The translations under genes and the position numbers were made by a program. This document shows, in pieces, positions 20,754 to 30,465 of a stretch of DNA of 64,000 nucleotides; the stretch's first letter is position 1, and each line of letters begins with the position of its first letter. The stretch comes from Acidobacteriota bacterium (GTDB lineage: Bacteria; Acidobacteriota; UBA890; WLXD01): positions 4,832,001 to 4,896,000 of the forward strand of contig CBDFKD010000002.1 in assembly GCA_965248695.1 (NCBI GenBank), in the 5' to 3' direction. The notes beneath the pieces were generated by a model, which was given only the letters and a program-made list of their open reading frames with translations, did not search any database and had not been told where the DNA came from.

Positions 20754-21332
20754 ATGCAGCGACTCTCCAGATCGGACTACGAAGATCGTTTGCGGCGGCT
20801 GCGGCTGTTGATTACCGATGTTGACGGGGTGCTCACCGACGGATCGATCGTCTATGCGGGTGCCGACAGCGAGGCCAAAGTGTTCAACGTTCGCGACGGC
20901 AGCGCGGTGAAGATTGCCTCGGTGATCGATCTCCGGATCGCGGTGGTGACGGCGCGCGAGTCGGCCGCCGTCGGTCGGCGGTTCTCCGAGCTGCCGGTTT
21001 TCGAGCTGCGCCAGGGCGCTTTCGACAAGGTCGGCGCCTGCCTGGAGATGCAGGCGAAGCTCGGGCTGGAAGCGTCGCAGGTGGCCTTTCTGGGGGACGA
21101 CCTGGTTGACCTTGCCGTCATGCGCCACGTGGGAACAGGAATCGCGGTCGCCGACGCGCACCCGCGTATTCTCGAGGCCGCCGACCGGGTCACAGCCGCG
21201 CTCGGCGGACGGGGCGCCCTCCGCGAGGTGGTCGACGACGTGGTGGTCGCGCGAGATCTCTGGGACAGCGTCGAGAACGACTATCTGCGCCGTCAGTCGG
21301 TTGCGCCGGCAGACGAGCCGGATGCACCGTGA
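20754..21332 (+). CDS. kdsC: KDO-8-phosphate phosphatase (HAD family)
   Basis: ITDVDGVLTDG, FNVRDG, FLGDDLVD, GGRGALRE. Confidence 0.93.
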   Translation: MQRLSRSDYEDRLRRLRLLITDVDGVLTDGSIVYAGADSEAKVFNVRDGSAVKIASVIDLRIAVVTARESAAVGRRFSELPVFELRQGAFDKVGACLEMQAKLGLEASQVAFLGDDLVDLAVMRHVGTGIAVADAHPRILEAADRVTAALGGRGALREVVDDVVVARDLWDSVENDYLRRQSVAPADEPDAP

Positions 21333-21370
21333 GCCGGTGAGATCGGACCCATGTCCGGGGGCTACGACGC

Positions 21371-22543
21371 ATGCAGGGTGACTGGCCGCTGACACTCGGC
21401 GCTGCACTGGCCCTACTGGCTGTCGGCGCACTGTTGGGTGAGCTGTGGGCACGATTGCGCGCTCCGGGCATGCCGTTGCCAAGTCCGCGGGCGCGGCCGC
21501 ACTATTTGCTCGGCCTCAACTTCCTGGTTTCGCACCAGCCCGATCAGGCGATCCGTGAGCTGTCTCAGGCTGTGCGACAGGAGACCGAAGCACTCGAGGC
21601 GTACCTCGCGCTCGGCAACCTGTTGCGGGAAAGCGGGCAGTCGGAGCGCGCTATCGACGTTCATCGCAGCCTGCTACACCGGCCGAACCAGTCTCGGTGG
21701 GAGCACACACAGGTGCTGTTCTCGCTGGCGATGGACTTCAAGCGCGCCGGGCTGATCGACCGGGCCGCCAGCACTTTCCAGGAAGTCGTTACGGCGGAGC
21801 CTGACAACCTTGCGGCATTGATGGCGCTACAGCAGATCGCCGAGGAGAGCGGTCGCTGGGAGGAGGCGCAACACTTCCAGCAGCGCATCCAGACCGTGTC
21901 ACGCGGCGCTGAGCCCGATCTCGGTCCGGCGCTGCAGACGGAGTGGGGCCGGGCGGTCAGCGGCCACGATCCGGCATCGGCAGCGGGCCATTTTCGCGCT
22001 GCCCTCGATCTGCGTCCGGACTACGCCCCGGCGCGTATCGGCCTCGCCACCTGCCTGCTGGACGAGGGCAAGGCAGCAGCGGCCCGCGACCACCTGGAGC
22101 AGGCGATTCATACGGGCCCGCCGTGGGCGCTTGCGGCGATGGCCGTCCTGAGGCGTACTTGCGAGGCGCTCGGCGACGAGGGGGTTCTGGAGGCGTCGTG
22201 CAACACGATCCTCGAACGCGACCCTCGCGCCTGGCGGGCGTGGCTCGAGATCGCGCGCCTGCGAACCGATCGGGGCGAGTTCACGGCGGCGCGCGAGGCG
22301 CTGCGTGAGGCGCTTGCCGAGCGTCCGGGCTCGCTCGCGGTGCAGCGTCAGCTATGGGAGTTGTTGCGCTTGGAAGGGGAGGGGATCGACCAGTTCGTCG
22401 AACTGCTCGATGAGGCTCTCGACGATGCCCGTTTGCTCGATCCGTACGTATGCTTCCGGTGTCAGTTCAAGAGCGCTGAGCTGTTCGCGCGCTGCCCGCA
22501 CTGTCACGCATGGGAGACGATGGGCGAGGAGCGGCAGGATTGA
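21371..22543 (+). CDS. lapB: LPS assembly protein B-like (TM + TPR + rubredoxin)
   Basis: N-terminal TM, YLLGLNFLVSHQPDQAI, YLALGNLLRESGQSERAIDVH, C-terminal CFRC...CPHC. Confidence 0.88.
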   Translation: MQGDWPLTLGAALALLAVGALLGELWARLRAPGMPLPSPRARPHYLLGLNFLVSHQPDQAIRELSQAVRQETEALEAYLALGNLLRESGQSERAIDVHRSLLHRPNQSRWEHTQVLFSLAMDFKRAGLIDRAASTFQEVVTAEPDNLAALMALQQIAEESGRWEEAQHFQQRIQTVSRGAEPDLGPALQTEWGRAVSGHDPASAAGHFRAALDLRPDYAPARIGLATCLLDEGKAAAARDHLEQAIHTGPPWALAAMAVLRRTCEALGDEGVLEASCNTILERDPRAWRAWLEIARLRTDRGEFTAAREALREALAERPGSLAVQRQLWELLRLEGEGIDQFVELLDEALDDARLLDPYVCFRCQFKSAELFARCPHCHAWETMGEERQD

Positions 22544-22554
22544 GCAACGCGCCA

Positions 22555-22929
22555 ATGTTCGCCGTGCGTGTCGAGACGCGATTCCGGGCTCGCCATCGCA
22601 TCGGGCCCGGAGGGGAAGAGATCGCCGAGCACGAGCACGACTGGCGGGTCGCGGTGCAGGCCTCATCCGCAGAACTGGATCAGATATCGATCGTCGTCGA
22701 CTTCCGCAAGCTGCGCGACCAGACAGAGACGATCCTTGGTCCGCTCCGCGGCACCGTGCTCGAGGAACACGCCGAGCTCGGAGCCTCGGCGGCGACCGCC
22801 GAGGCAGTGGCGCGCTGGCTGTTGCTGGCGCTGACGCGCGAGAACCAGGGCGAGGCGTATCGCATTACCTCGGTCGAGGTCGGATGCGATGCCGGCGTCG
22901 AGTACATTCTCAACGCACCGGCAGGCTGA
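22555..22929 (+). CDS. 6-pyruvoyl-tetrahydropterin synthase/QueD-family T-fold protein
   Basis: FRARH, HEHDWRV (HxH), IVVDFRKL, ATAEAVARW. Confidence 0.75.
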   Translation: MFAVRVETRFRARHRIGPGGEEIAEHEHDWRVAVQASSAELDQISIVVDFRKLRDQTETILGPLRGTVLEEHAELGASAATAEAVARWLLLALTRENQGEAYRITSVEVGCDAGVEYILNAPAG

Positions 22930-23548
22930 TGCCGGCGGCGACGTTGTCGAGATCAGCTCTCAGTGTGCCGAGAAGCTCTTGTACACGAGCTGCCGTAGCC
23001 TCGAGATCTCCGCTGTTGTCGATCGTGTAGTCGGCAACCGCCGCCTTCTCGATCTCGGGCATCTGTGCTGCGATCCGGCGACGTACGTCATCCTCGGCCA
23101 GCCCGCGCCCGGCTAGCCGCTTCACTCGCGTCTCGACCGGGGCCAGGACTACGACCAGGCGCTGGTAGCGCGCCGTTCCTCCCGTCTCGACCAGCAACGC
23201 CGCCTCGGTGACGGCGATTCCGCGCTCGACGCGCCAGTCGGCGATGCGTTCACTCTCGAGACCTGGGATACGAGGATGAATGATCGCCTCCAGCCGACGA
23301 CGGGCGATCTCGTCGGCGAACACGATGCTTGCCAGCGCCGCACGGTCGATCGCTCCATCGGCGGCGCGGACGCCGGCCCCGAACAGCGCCACCACCTGGT
23401 CGTTGACGTCGGTACCGGGTGTGAGCAGGTCGCGCACCAACTGGTCAGCATCGATGAGGAGGCAGCCGCCGGCCTCCAGCATCGTTCCGACGGTGCTCTT
23501 GCCGGCGCCGATGTTGCCGGTCAGCCCGACCTTCAGGATGGCCCTCAC
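22910..23548 (-). CDS. coaE: Dephospho-CoA kinase
   Basis: VGLTGNIGAGKST, IDAD, IDRAALASIVF, LEAIIHP, AALLVE, IDNSG. Confidence 0.95.
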   Translation of the reverse strand: MRAILKVGLTGNIGAGKSTVGTMLEAGGCLLIDADQLVRDLLTPGTDVNDQVVALFGAGVRAADGAIDRAALASIVFADEIARRRLEAIIHPRIPGLESERIADWRVERGIAVTEAALLVETGGTARYQRLVVVLAPVETRVKRLAGRGLAEDDVRRRIAAQMPEIEKAAVADYTIDNSGDLEATAARVQELLGTLRADLDNVAAGISLPVR

Positions 23549-23553
23549 GGCCG

Positions 23554-23564
23554 GTTGCAGGCCA

Positions 23565-23568
<4 letters not shown>
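23554..23568 (+). repeat. CTAG-ended repeat copy
   Basis: GTTGCAGGCCACTAG; its CTA is the folD stop codon. Confidence 0.85.
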
Positions 23569-24485
<917 letters not shown>

Positions 24486-24530
24486 GAACGTGCTCCTCGG
24501 GGTTGCAAGGTACCCCGATAGATGTTGGGG

Positions 24531-24554
24531 CTAGAGGCTGCGACAGGCCACTAG
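24531..24554 (+). repeat. CTAG-ended repeat, near-palindromic short form
   Basis: CTAGAGGCTG-CGA-CAGGCCACTAG; the final CTA is the stop of the last BMC-P gene. Confidence 0.85.
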
Positions 24555-24823
24555 GAGCCCCAGTCGATTTGATCGATGATTCCGACGATCGCGGCGTTCG
24601 CGGGCGCCAGGTCGATTCCCATCGCCTGGCTTGCGGAGCGTCCCTCGATGACCACGAGGACCGTCTCGCCGGCTCCGGCGCCGACGCTGTCGACGGCCAA
24701 GAGCTCGGCGCCCGACTCGTCTCCGCCGCGCGCCAGCGGCTGCACCAGCAGCAGCTTGCTGCCGTGGAACTTGGCGTGTTTCTGCGTCGACACGACGTTG
24801 CCGACCACCCGCGCCACGATCAT
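24551..24823 (-). CDS. Microcompartment vertex pentamer (BMC-P, EutN/CcmL family) no. 3
   Basis: MIVARVVGNVVSTQK, KLLLVQP, AVDSVGAGAGETV, AIVGIID. Confidence 0.93.
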   Translation of the reverse strand: MIVARVVGNVVSTQKHAKFHGSKLLLVQPLARGGDESGAELLAVDSVGAGAGETVLVVIEGRSASQAMGIDLAPANAAIVGIIDQIDWGS

Positions 24824-25089
24824 GGGGCGTACGACACGGTATCGACGATACCTACGATCGACACATCTGCCGGCACCGAAGCCGGTAGGAAAGCAAAGGA
24901 TGCCTCGCGGCCGGTGACGTAGAACACGGTTTCGCCGACCCCCGACCCGACCGCGTCGACCGCCACCATGGGCCGTCCGTGGGGTGCTCCCTGCGGCGTT
25001 ATCGGCTGTACCAGGAGCAGCTTCGTGCCGCGCAGAGTGTCGTCCTTGACGGTACAGACAACCGTGCCGATTACCCGCGCCATGTCCAT
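24820..25089 (-). CDS. Microcompartment vertex pentamer (BMC-P, EutN/CcmL family) no. 2
   Basis: MARVIGTVVCTVK, KLLLVQP, AVDAVGSGVGETV, GREA, IVGIVD. Confidence 0.93.
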   Translation of the reverse strand: MDMARVIGTVVCTVKDDTLRGTKLLLVQPITPQGAPHGRPMVAVDAVGSGVGETVFYVTGREASFAFLPASVPADVSIVGIVDTVSYAP

Positions 25090-25120
25090 CGAGCGGCCTC
25101 GTGTCCTGTCGCGCTAGTGG

Positions 25121-25396
25121 CTAGCTGCCGTCGTCGACGTGCGCCTCGTCGACGATACCGACGATGGCAGTGTCGACCGGGCAGTTGGCGAGCCCTTCAG
25201 CCATGCGGGCGGATGACCCGCGAACGCACAGCACGGTCTCACGATACCCGGCATCGACCGTGTCCAGGGCGACGTGATAGCCGTCTTCGTCGTTACCGTC
25301 GGGGTCGACCGGGACAACGATCAGGAGTCGACTCCCCGCGAGCTTCGGGTCCTTGCAGGTCGCTACCACCGTGCCTGTCACGCGCGCAAGAAACAC
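25121..25396 (-). CDS. Microcompartment vertex pentamer (BMC-P, EutN/CcmL family) no. 1
   Basis: MFLARVTGTVVATCK, ALDTVDAG, GSSAR, PVDTAIVGIVD. Confidence 0.93.
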   Translation of the reverse strand: MFLARVTGTVVATCKDPKLAGSRLLIVVPVDPDGNDEDGYHVALDTVDAGYRETVLCVRGSSARMAEGLANCPVDTAIVGIVDEAHVDDGS

Positions 25397-25416
25397 GACG
25401 TCTTCTCTCCGATCCC

Positions 25417-25707
25417 TCAGTCACTCTTGCCGATCGGCAAGCAGTCCTCGAGGCTGGTGTGCGGACGCGGGATCACGTGAACCGAAATCAGCTCACCCAC
25501 GCGTCGAGCAGCAGCGGCTCCGGCGTCGGTGGCAGATTTTACCGCCGCGACATCGCCGCGGACGATCGCTGTCACTAGCCCGCCACCGACTTTCTCGTAG
25601 CCGATCACCGTCACCTTGGCTGCTTTTACCATCGCATCGGATGCCTCGACCATTCCGACGAAGCCCCGGGTCTCGATCATTCCGAGGGCCTCTCCGTAAT
25701 CTCCCAT
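25417..25707 (-). CDS. Microcompartment shell hexamer (BMC-H, EutM/PduA family)
   Basis: [36 protein letters not shown]; GAGGAG RBS. Confidence 0.96.
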   Translation of the reverse strand: MGDYGEALGMIETRGFVGMVEASDAMVKAAKVTVIGYEKVGGGLVTAIVRGDVAAVKSATDAGAAAARRVGELISVHVIPRPHTSLEDCLPIGKSD

Positions 25708-25751
25708 CGACTGCTTCTCCTCATGCGGGCCGCTTGCCGAGACGGCGGGTT

Positions 25752-26516
25752 TCAGTGGATCGCGCGTAGCGCGTCGGCGATCAGACCGACCAGTTCATCC
25801 TGAGTCAGCGTAATGGTGCCCGATTCATCGGTTGAGGGGTAGCAGATCGCCGGAACGGGCGATCCACCTGCAGCCTCGCGCAAGGCCGACAGCTCATCGA
25901 TCTGCGCTCGACTGAAGTGACGCGGCCCCCCGAGTAGATGGGCGACCAGCGCGATCTGCGCGAAGTGTTCCAGCTGCACCATGCGTTCCTCGGCCTCCTC
26001 CAGCGAGGTGCCGACGGCGACGGCTCCATGGTTGGCCAGCAACACGACATTGAAGTCCCGGATCGGTCCTCGCACCGAATCAGCCAACTCGGGCGTTGAT
26101 GGTCTTCCGTAGGGCGCCACCGGTACACAGCCGAGGAAGGTAATGACCTCGGCGAGCGCCGCCGGCGGTTGCTTGCCGGCGACCGCGTAGCCGGTGGCGA
26201 TCGGCGGGTGCGCGTGCACCACGGCCTGCGCTTCAGGCCGCTCCGCATAGATCGCCAGGTGCAGCTTCAGCTCCGACGACGGGGCACCGCCGCTCAGAGG
26301 TTCTCCGGCGAGGTCGACAAGGACGAGCTCGGTGTCCCGCAATCGTCCCTTGTGCGCTCCCGTGGCGGTGGTCAGCAATCGATCCGGCCCGATCCGGACG
26401 CTGAGGTTGCCTTCGTAGGACGCCAGGATACGGCGCTCGTAGAGCCGTCGCCCGGCCGCCACGATGGCTGCCGCGACGTCGGCTTGGCTGGACAACGGGG
26501 CACCGGTCTCGGGCAC
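25752..26516 (-). CDS. Class II aldolase/adducin-family protein with C-terminal encapsulation-peptide-like helix
   Basis: [28 protein letters not shown] (Zn-binding His); tail [20 protein letters not shown]. Confidence 0.92.
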   Translation of the reverse strand: MPETGAPLSSQADVAAAIVAAGRRLYERRILASYEGNLSVRIGPDRLLTTATGAHKGRLRDTELVLVDLAGEPLSGGAPSSELKLHLAIYAERPEAQAVVHAHPPIATGYAVAGKQPPAALAEVITFLGCVPVAPYGRPSTPELADSVRGPIRDFNVVLLANHGAVAVGTSLEEAEERMVQLEHFAQIALVAHLLGGPRHFSRAQIDELSALREAAGGSPVPAICYPSTDESGTITLTQDELVGLIADALRAIH

Positions 26517-26649
26517 GGGTCCTCGTGGAGGGCGGGGCTGTCGGAGTTTTTCTGACCCACGACACTAACAGGTCGCGTTTGCCTGCGATCGGGGGAGCGA
26601 CTACCGTTGCGCGCCGGGAGATCACCCGCAATCACCGGACCCGCAATCC

Positions 26650-27684
26650 ATGTCCCGTCGCCTCCAGCTTGTCGTCGTCTCACTGCTCGCAGTCGTTCTC
26701 GTCTGGCTGTTTCTGCGGCAAGCCGACCTGCGGCAGGTATGGAGCGCGTTGCGCAATATCGATGCGGTTTGGTTGCTGGCGTCGCTCGGGGCGATCCTCC
26801 TGACCGTACTGCCGCGCGCCTGGCGCTGGCGGCAGCTGCTGTCACCGCTCGGGACCGTCGCCATGCGGCCGCTGGTCGACTGCACGCTCATGGGTTGGAC
26901 GGTCACCGTCGTCCTGCCCGGGAGACTGGGCGAGATCGTTCGTCCGGCGCTGCTGGCACGGCGGACACCGATTCGCGTCAGCGCCGCGATCGGATCCGTC
27001 GTATTGGAGCGTCTCTTCGATGTCGTCGCGGTGGTGCTGTACTTGGGAATCTACCTGGCTGTGTTCCCCCCGCCCCCGCGTCTCGAGGGCGACGGCGCCG
27101 CGGTGTTCGAGGTGATGCGTCTGATCGGCACCCTGGGTCTCGCGGGTGTCGTGTTGGCCGGAGTGGTCGCGGTAGCCGCGAGCCGCAGCGTGAAGCTGCA
27201 CGACGGCATCGACAACCTGGCGGCGTCGTGGTTGCCGGCAAAGGCAGCGTCGATTGTGGATTCCTTTCTCGACGGCATGTCGGGCCTGAAGAGTCCCTGG
27301 CTGGTGGTGCGCATCATCGGTAGCTCGATGCTGCTGTGGGGCATCATCCATCTGATGTACGTGGTGCAGTTCTGGGCCTTCGGTATCGATCTGCCAGCCT
27401 ACGCTTCCATTCCCCTCGTGGCCCTGCTGGTCGTGGGTGTGATCGTACCCACCCCGGCCGCCGTTGGCGCGTTCCACAAGGCGGCGCAGATAGGGTTGGT
27501 GACCCTCTTCGGGATCGACAACGACGTGGCGGTCGCCTATGCGATCGTCAGCCATACGGTGGGTTTCCTGCCGCTCGGCCTCCTTGGGGCGCTATTGCTC
27601 GTGCGCGAGGGATTGACGCTGGGCGCGCTGCGGCGCATTGGGGAAGCGTCGGCGGCGCCGGCCGGAGAGGACCGGGCGCTATAA
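26650..27684 (+). CDS. UPF0104 / lysylphosphatidylglycerol-synthase-TM family membrane protein (putative flippase)
   Basis: Multiple TM segments; RAWRWRQLL, LPGRLGEIVR, VVLERLFD, PTPAAVGAF. Confidence 0.85.
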   Translation: MSRRLQLVVVSLLAVVLVWLFLRQADLRQVWSALRNIDAVWLLASLGAILLTVLPRAWRWRQLLSPLGTVAMRPLVDCTLMGWTVTVVLPGRLGEIVRPALLARRTPIRVSAAIGSVVLERLFDVVAVVLYLGIYLAVFPPPPRLEGDGAAVFEVMRLIGTLGLAGVVLAGVVAVAASRSVKLHDGIDNLAASWLPAKAASIVDSFLDGMSGLKSPWLVVRIIGSSMLLWGIIHLMYVVQFWAFGIDLPAYASIPLVALLVVGVIVPTPAAVGAFHKAAQIGLVTLFGIDNDVAVAYAIVSHTVGFLPLGLLGALLLVREGLTLGALRRIGEASAAPAGEDRAL

Positions 27685-27756
27685 TCCGCCCGACGCTCAC
27701 GATGCGGCGATCCGCGCCGCGTCCATCTGCCCTGCTGTCGGCTTCACGGATTGACG

Positions 27757-28215
27757 ATGAAGTGCCCCTACTGCGGTCACAACAAGGACAAGGTGGTGGA
27801 CTCGCGCGAGGTGCGCGAGGGCAACGTCATACGGCGCCGTCGGGAGTGTTTGGAATGCAGCCGGCGCATGACGACGTATGAGCAGATCGAGGCCGTACCC
27901 ATCGTCGTGGTCAAGAAGGACGGCAGCCGGGAGCGCTTTGATCGGAACAAGTTGCTGTCGGGCATCATGCGAGCGTGTGAGAAGCGCCCGGTGCCCGTGC
28001 AAGAGCTGGAGGCCATCTGCGACCAGGTCGAGACCCGGGCGCAGGAGGGGAGCGGCCGCGAGATCGACTGTCGGGAGATCGGCGAGTTGGTAATGGACCG
28101 CCTCAGAAACCTGGATGAGATCGCTTACGTTCGGTTCGCTTCGGTCTACCGCCAATTCAGGGATGTCAATGCGTTCATGGAGGAGCTCAAGTCCCTCCTC
28201 GACCAGCAAACCTGA
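27757..28215 (+). CDS. nrdR: Transcriptional repressor NrdR
   Basis: [24 protein letters not shown]-cone, [12 protein letters not shown]; TATAAT at 27680-27685 upstream. Confidence 0.97.
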   Translation: MKCPYCGHNKDKVVDSREVREGNVIRRRRECLECSRRMTTYEQIEAVPIVVVKKDGSRERFDRNKLLSGIMRACEKRPVPVQELEAICDQVETRAQEGSGREIDCREIGELVMDRLRNLDEIAYVRFASVYRQFRDVNAFMEELKSLLDQQT

Positions 28216-28225
28216 GGCGCGCCGC

Positions 28226-29443
28226 GTCGACTGGCGAAGCCTGGCGCGCCTGCTTGCCGAGGATCCGCTCAGCCGCCTGGCGACGCTTGCCCCCGAGGCG
28301 GCGAACGTGGCGCTGGTCGGAGGGGCTGTCCGCGACACCTTGCTCGGGCGAGCCCCAACTGACCTCGACCTGGTAGTGGAGCAGGGCTTCGACCGCTATC
28401 TCGATGCGATCGAGCTGGCGCGCGGCGCCCGGCCGTCGGATATCGGAGATACGTTCCAGCACACGCACCGCTTCCGCTGGAAGGGTGTGCAAGTCGACAT
28501 CGCCCGCGCCCAGGGCAGCCTCGATGAGGACCTGGGTCGGCGCGATTTCAGCGTCAACGCGCTGGCCCTGCCGCTGGGCCGTGGCCGCGATCCGGAATCC
28601 TCGCTGGTCGATCCGTATGGCGGCCTGGCGGATCTGATCGCCGGGCGCTTGCGGGAGACGACGCCAGGTGTGTTGACGTCGGACCCACTGCGCGCCCTTC
28701 GAGCCGTTCGCTATGCCGCGGAGCTGCCCGGGTTCGGCATCGAGGCGGCGACCGCAGCGGCCATCTCCGCAACCGCCCAGCGGTTGACCGAGGTGGCACC
28801 GGAGCGCGTTCAGACGGAGTGGAGCTTGAACCTCGGCTCGCCCGGATGGCGCCGGGCCTTGCGTATCGGTAGCGATCTGGGCGTCTGCGGACCCAGCCTC
28901 GGCGAGCTTTCCACCAGCACGGCCGTCGATGCCTGGGCGTTGGCAGAGTCCGAGCTCGGTCTCGATGCGCCGCAGCTGCGCGGGCGGTTGGGGGCATTGA
29001 TTCTCGATATGGCCGCGGGGGCCAGCGTCGAGGCAGTGGTGGCCCGTCTGCTAGACGGTCGGTGGCCGCCGGCACAGGTTCAGAGCGCCGATCGAGTGGC
29101 TCGCTGGGCGAGCACTTGTGCTGGTGCCACGCCCGCCCAGCTGGCGACCTGGGCACTGCGTGATCCTGGCGCGGCTGCCGACGCAAGCGCACTCGCGTCG
29201 CGCCTCGACCCCGCCTCCCCGGCCGACGAGCTGCGGCGCGACGCGCAGCGCTCCGAGGAGGCGCGCTGGGTCACTGGCGACGACCTGATCGCGTGGGGCA
29301 TGCCCGCGGGACCGCCGATGGGCCGCCTGCTCCGCGACCTGGCGCTCGGGCAGATCACGCGGCGGTGGCCGGCGGCTGCGGATGCCCGGGAATGGGCGCG
29401 CGGGCAGCTGGAACAGGGCCGCCAGGGCCGGGGCGCCAGGTGA
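28226..29443 (+). CDS. Class II tRNA nucleotidyltransferase (probably CC-adding); start codon uncertain
   Basis: LVGGAVRD, DLD, EDLGRRDFSVNALA, DPYGGLADL, DPLRALRAVRY; no canonical start right after nrdR (GTC at 28226 behind GAGG; ORF is open from 28115). Confidence 0.8.
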   Translation, partial: VDWRSLARLLAEDPLSRLATLAPEAANVALVGGAVRDTLLGRAPTDLDLVVEQGFDRYLDAIELARGARPSDIGDTFQHTHRFRWKGVQVDIARAQGSLDEDLGRRDFSVNALALPLGRGRDPESSLVDPYGGLADLIAGRLRETTPGVLTSDPLRALRAVRYAAELPGFGIEAATAAAISATAQRLTEVAPERVQTEWSLNLGSPGWRRALRIGSDLGVCGPSLGELSTSTAVDAWALAESELGLDAPQLRGRLGALILDMAAGASVEAVVARLLDGRWPPAQVQSADRVARWASTCAGATPAQLATWALRDPGAAADASALASRLDPASPADELRRDAQRSEEARWVTGDDLIAWGMPAGPPMGRLLRDLALGQITRRWPAAADAREWARGQLEQGRQGRGAR

Positions 29444-30465
29444 GCGGGCAGCGCGCGGACCGTATCGGCGAGCTCGCGCTCGTTGAGCGCATCCGCTCGG
29501 CGCTCGATGTGCCGATCCCGGGGCTCGAAGTGGGGCCGGGCGACGATGCGGCAGTGATCGACATGCCATCGCGACGCCTGGTGTTGACAACGGATCGTCA
29601 GACGGAAGGCACGCACTTTCGCCGCTCGTGGCTGTCGCCCAGGGCGCTGGGTCGTCGGGCGCTCGCCGTTTGTGTGAGCGATCTCGCTGCGATGGGCGCC
29701 ACACCGGCGTGGGCGTTATGCGCTCTCGAGCTTCCGGGCAATCTCGAGGTCGACTGGATCGACGAGCTTGTTGGCGGTCTGCGGGACGGCGGACGCGAGC
29801 TCGGATGCCCCACGATCGGCGGTGACGTTACCGTCACGGCGCGTCGGGTCGGGCTGTGTCTGTGCGCCGGCGGGACGCTTGCTGACGGCGTGGCGCCGCT
29901 CCTGCGAGATCGGGCCAGGGCCGGGGATGACTGCTGGTTGATCGGCCACGTCGGGATGGCCGCTGCCGGTCGATTGCTGCTCGAGGGTGGCCTTACCGAG
30001 CCGCTCGATTCGTTGGCGCGCCGCGCCGTCGATGCGTATCGGTCTCCTACACCGCCGCTGGCGTTCAGCAGCCACGTAGCGGCATATCGGCTCGTCGGTG
30101 CGATGATGGATGTCAGCGACGGTCTGGGTCTCGATCTGACCCGAATGTGCAAAGCGTCCGAGGTCGGCGTGGTGCTGGACGGTGACGCCCTGGTGGAGCC
30201 TGATGTGCTCGAACTGGCGAGCCGAGTCGGCAGCTCGCCCCTCGAGCTGGCCACTGGCGGAGGAGACGACTACGCCCTCATCTGCTCTGTGGGTGCGGGC
30301 GACCAGGCAGCGCTCGCTGCCGCCTCGGAGAGCTTCGAGCTGGAGGCCCGGTGCATCGGCGAGTTCGTCAGCGCCGCCGAAGGAATGACGGTCTGTGTCG
30401 GCGCCGCCAGAGAGCCTCTGAGGCAGTCCGGCTGGGACCCGTTCAGCGGCGGTGGGCCGACGTGA
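29440..30465 (+). CDS. thiL: Thiamine-monophosphate kinase
   Basis: GELALVE, GPGDDAA, EGTHF, VSDLAAMGATP, IGGD, MDVSDGL, GGDDYAL. Confidence 0.94.
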   Translation: MSGQRADRIGELALVERIRSALDVPIPGLEVGPGDDAAVIDMPSRRLVLTTDRQTEGTHFRRSWLSPRALGRRALAVCVSDLAAMGATPAWALCALELPGNLEVDWIDELVGGLRDGGRELGCPTIGGDVTVTARRVGLCLCAGGTLADGVAPLLRDRARAGDDCWLIGHVGMAAAGRLLLEGGLTEPLDSLARRAVDAYRSPTPPLAFSSHVAAYRLVGAMMDVSDGLGLDLTRMCKASEVGVVLDGDALVEPDVLELASRVGSSPLELATGGGDDYALICSVGAGDQAALAAASESFELEARCIGEFVSAAEGMTVCVGAAREPLRQSGWDPFSGGGPT

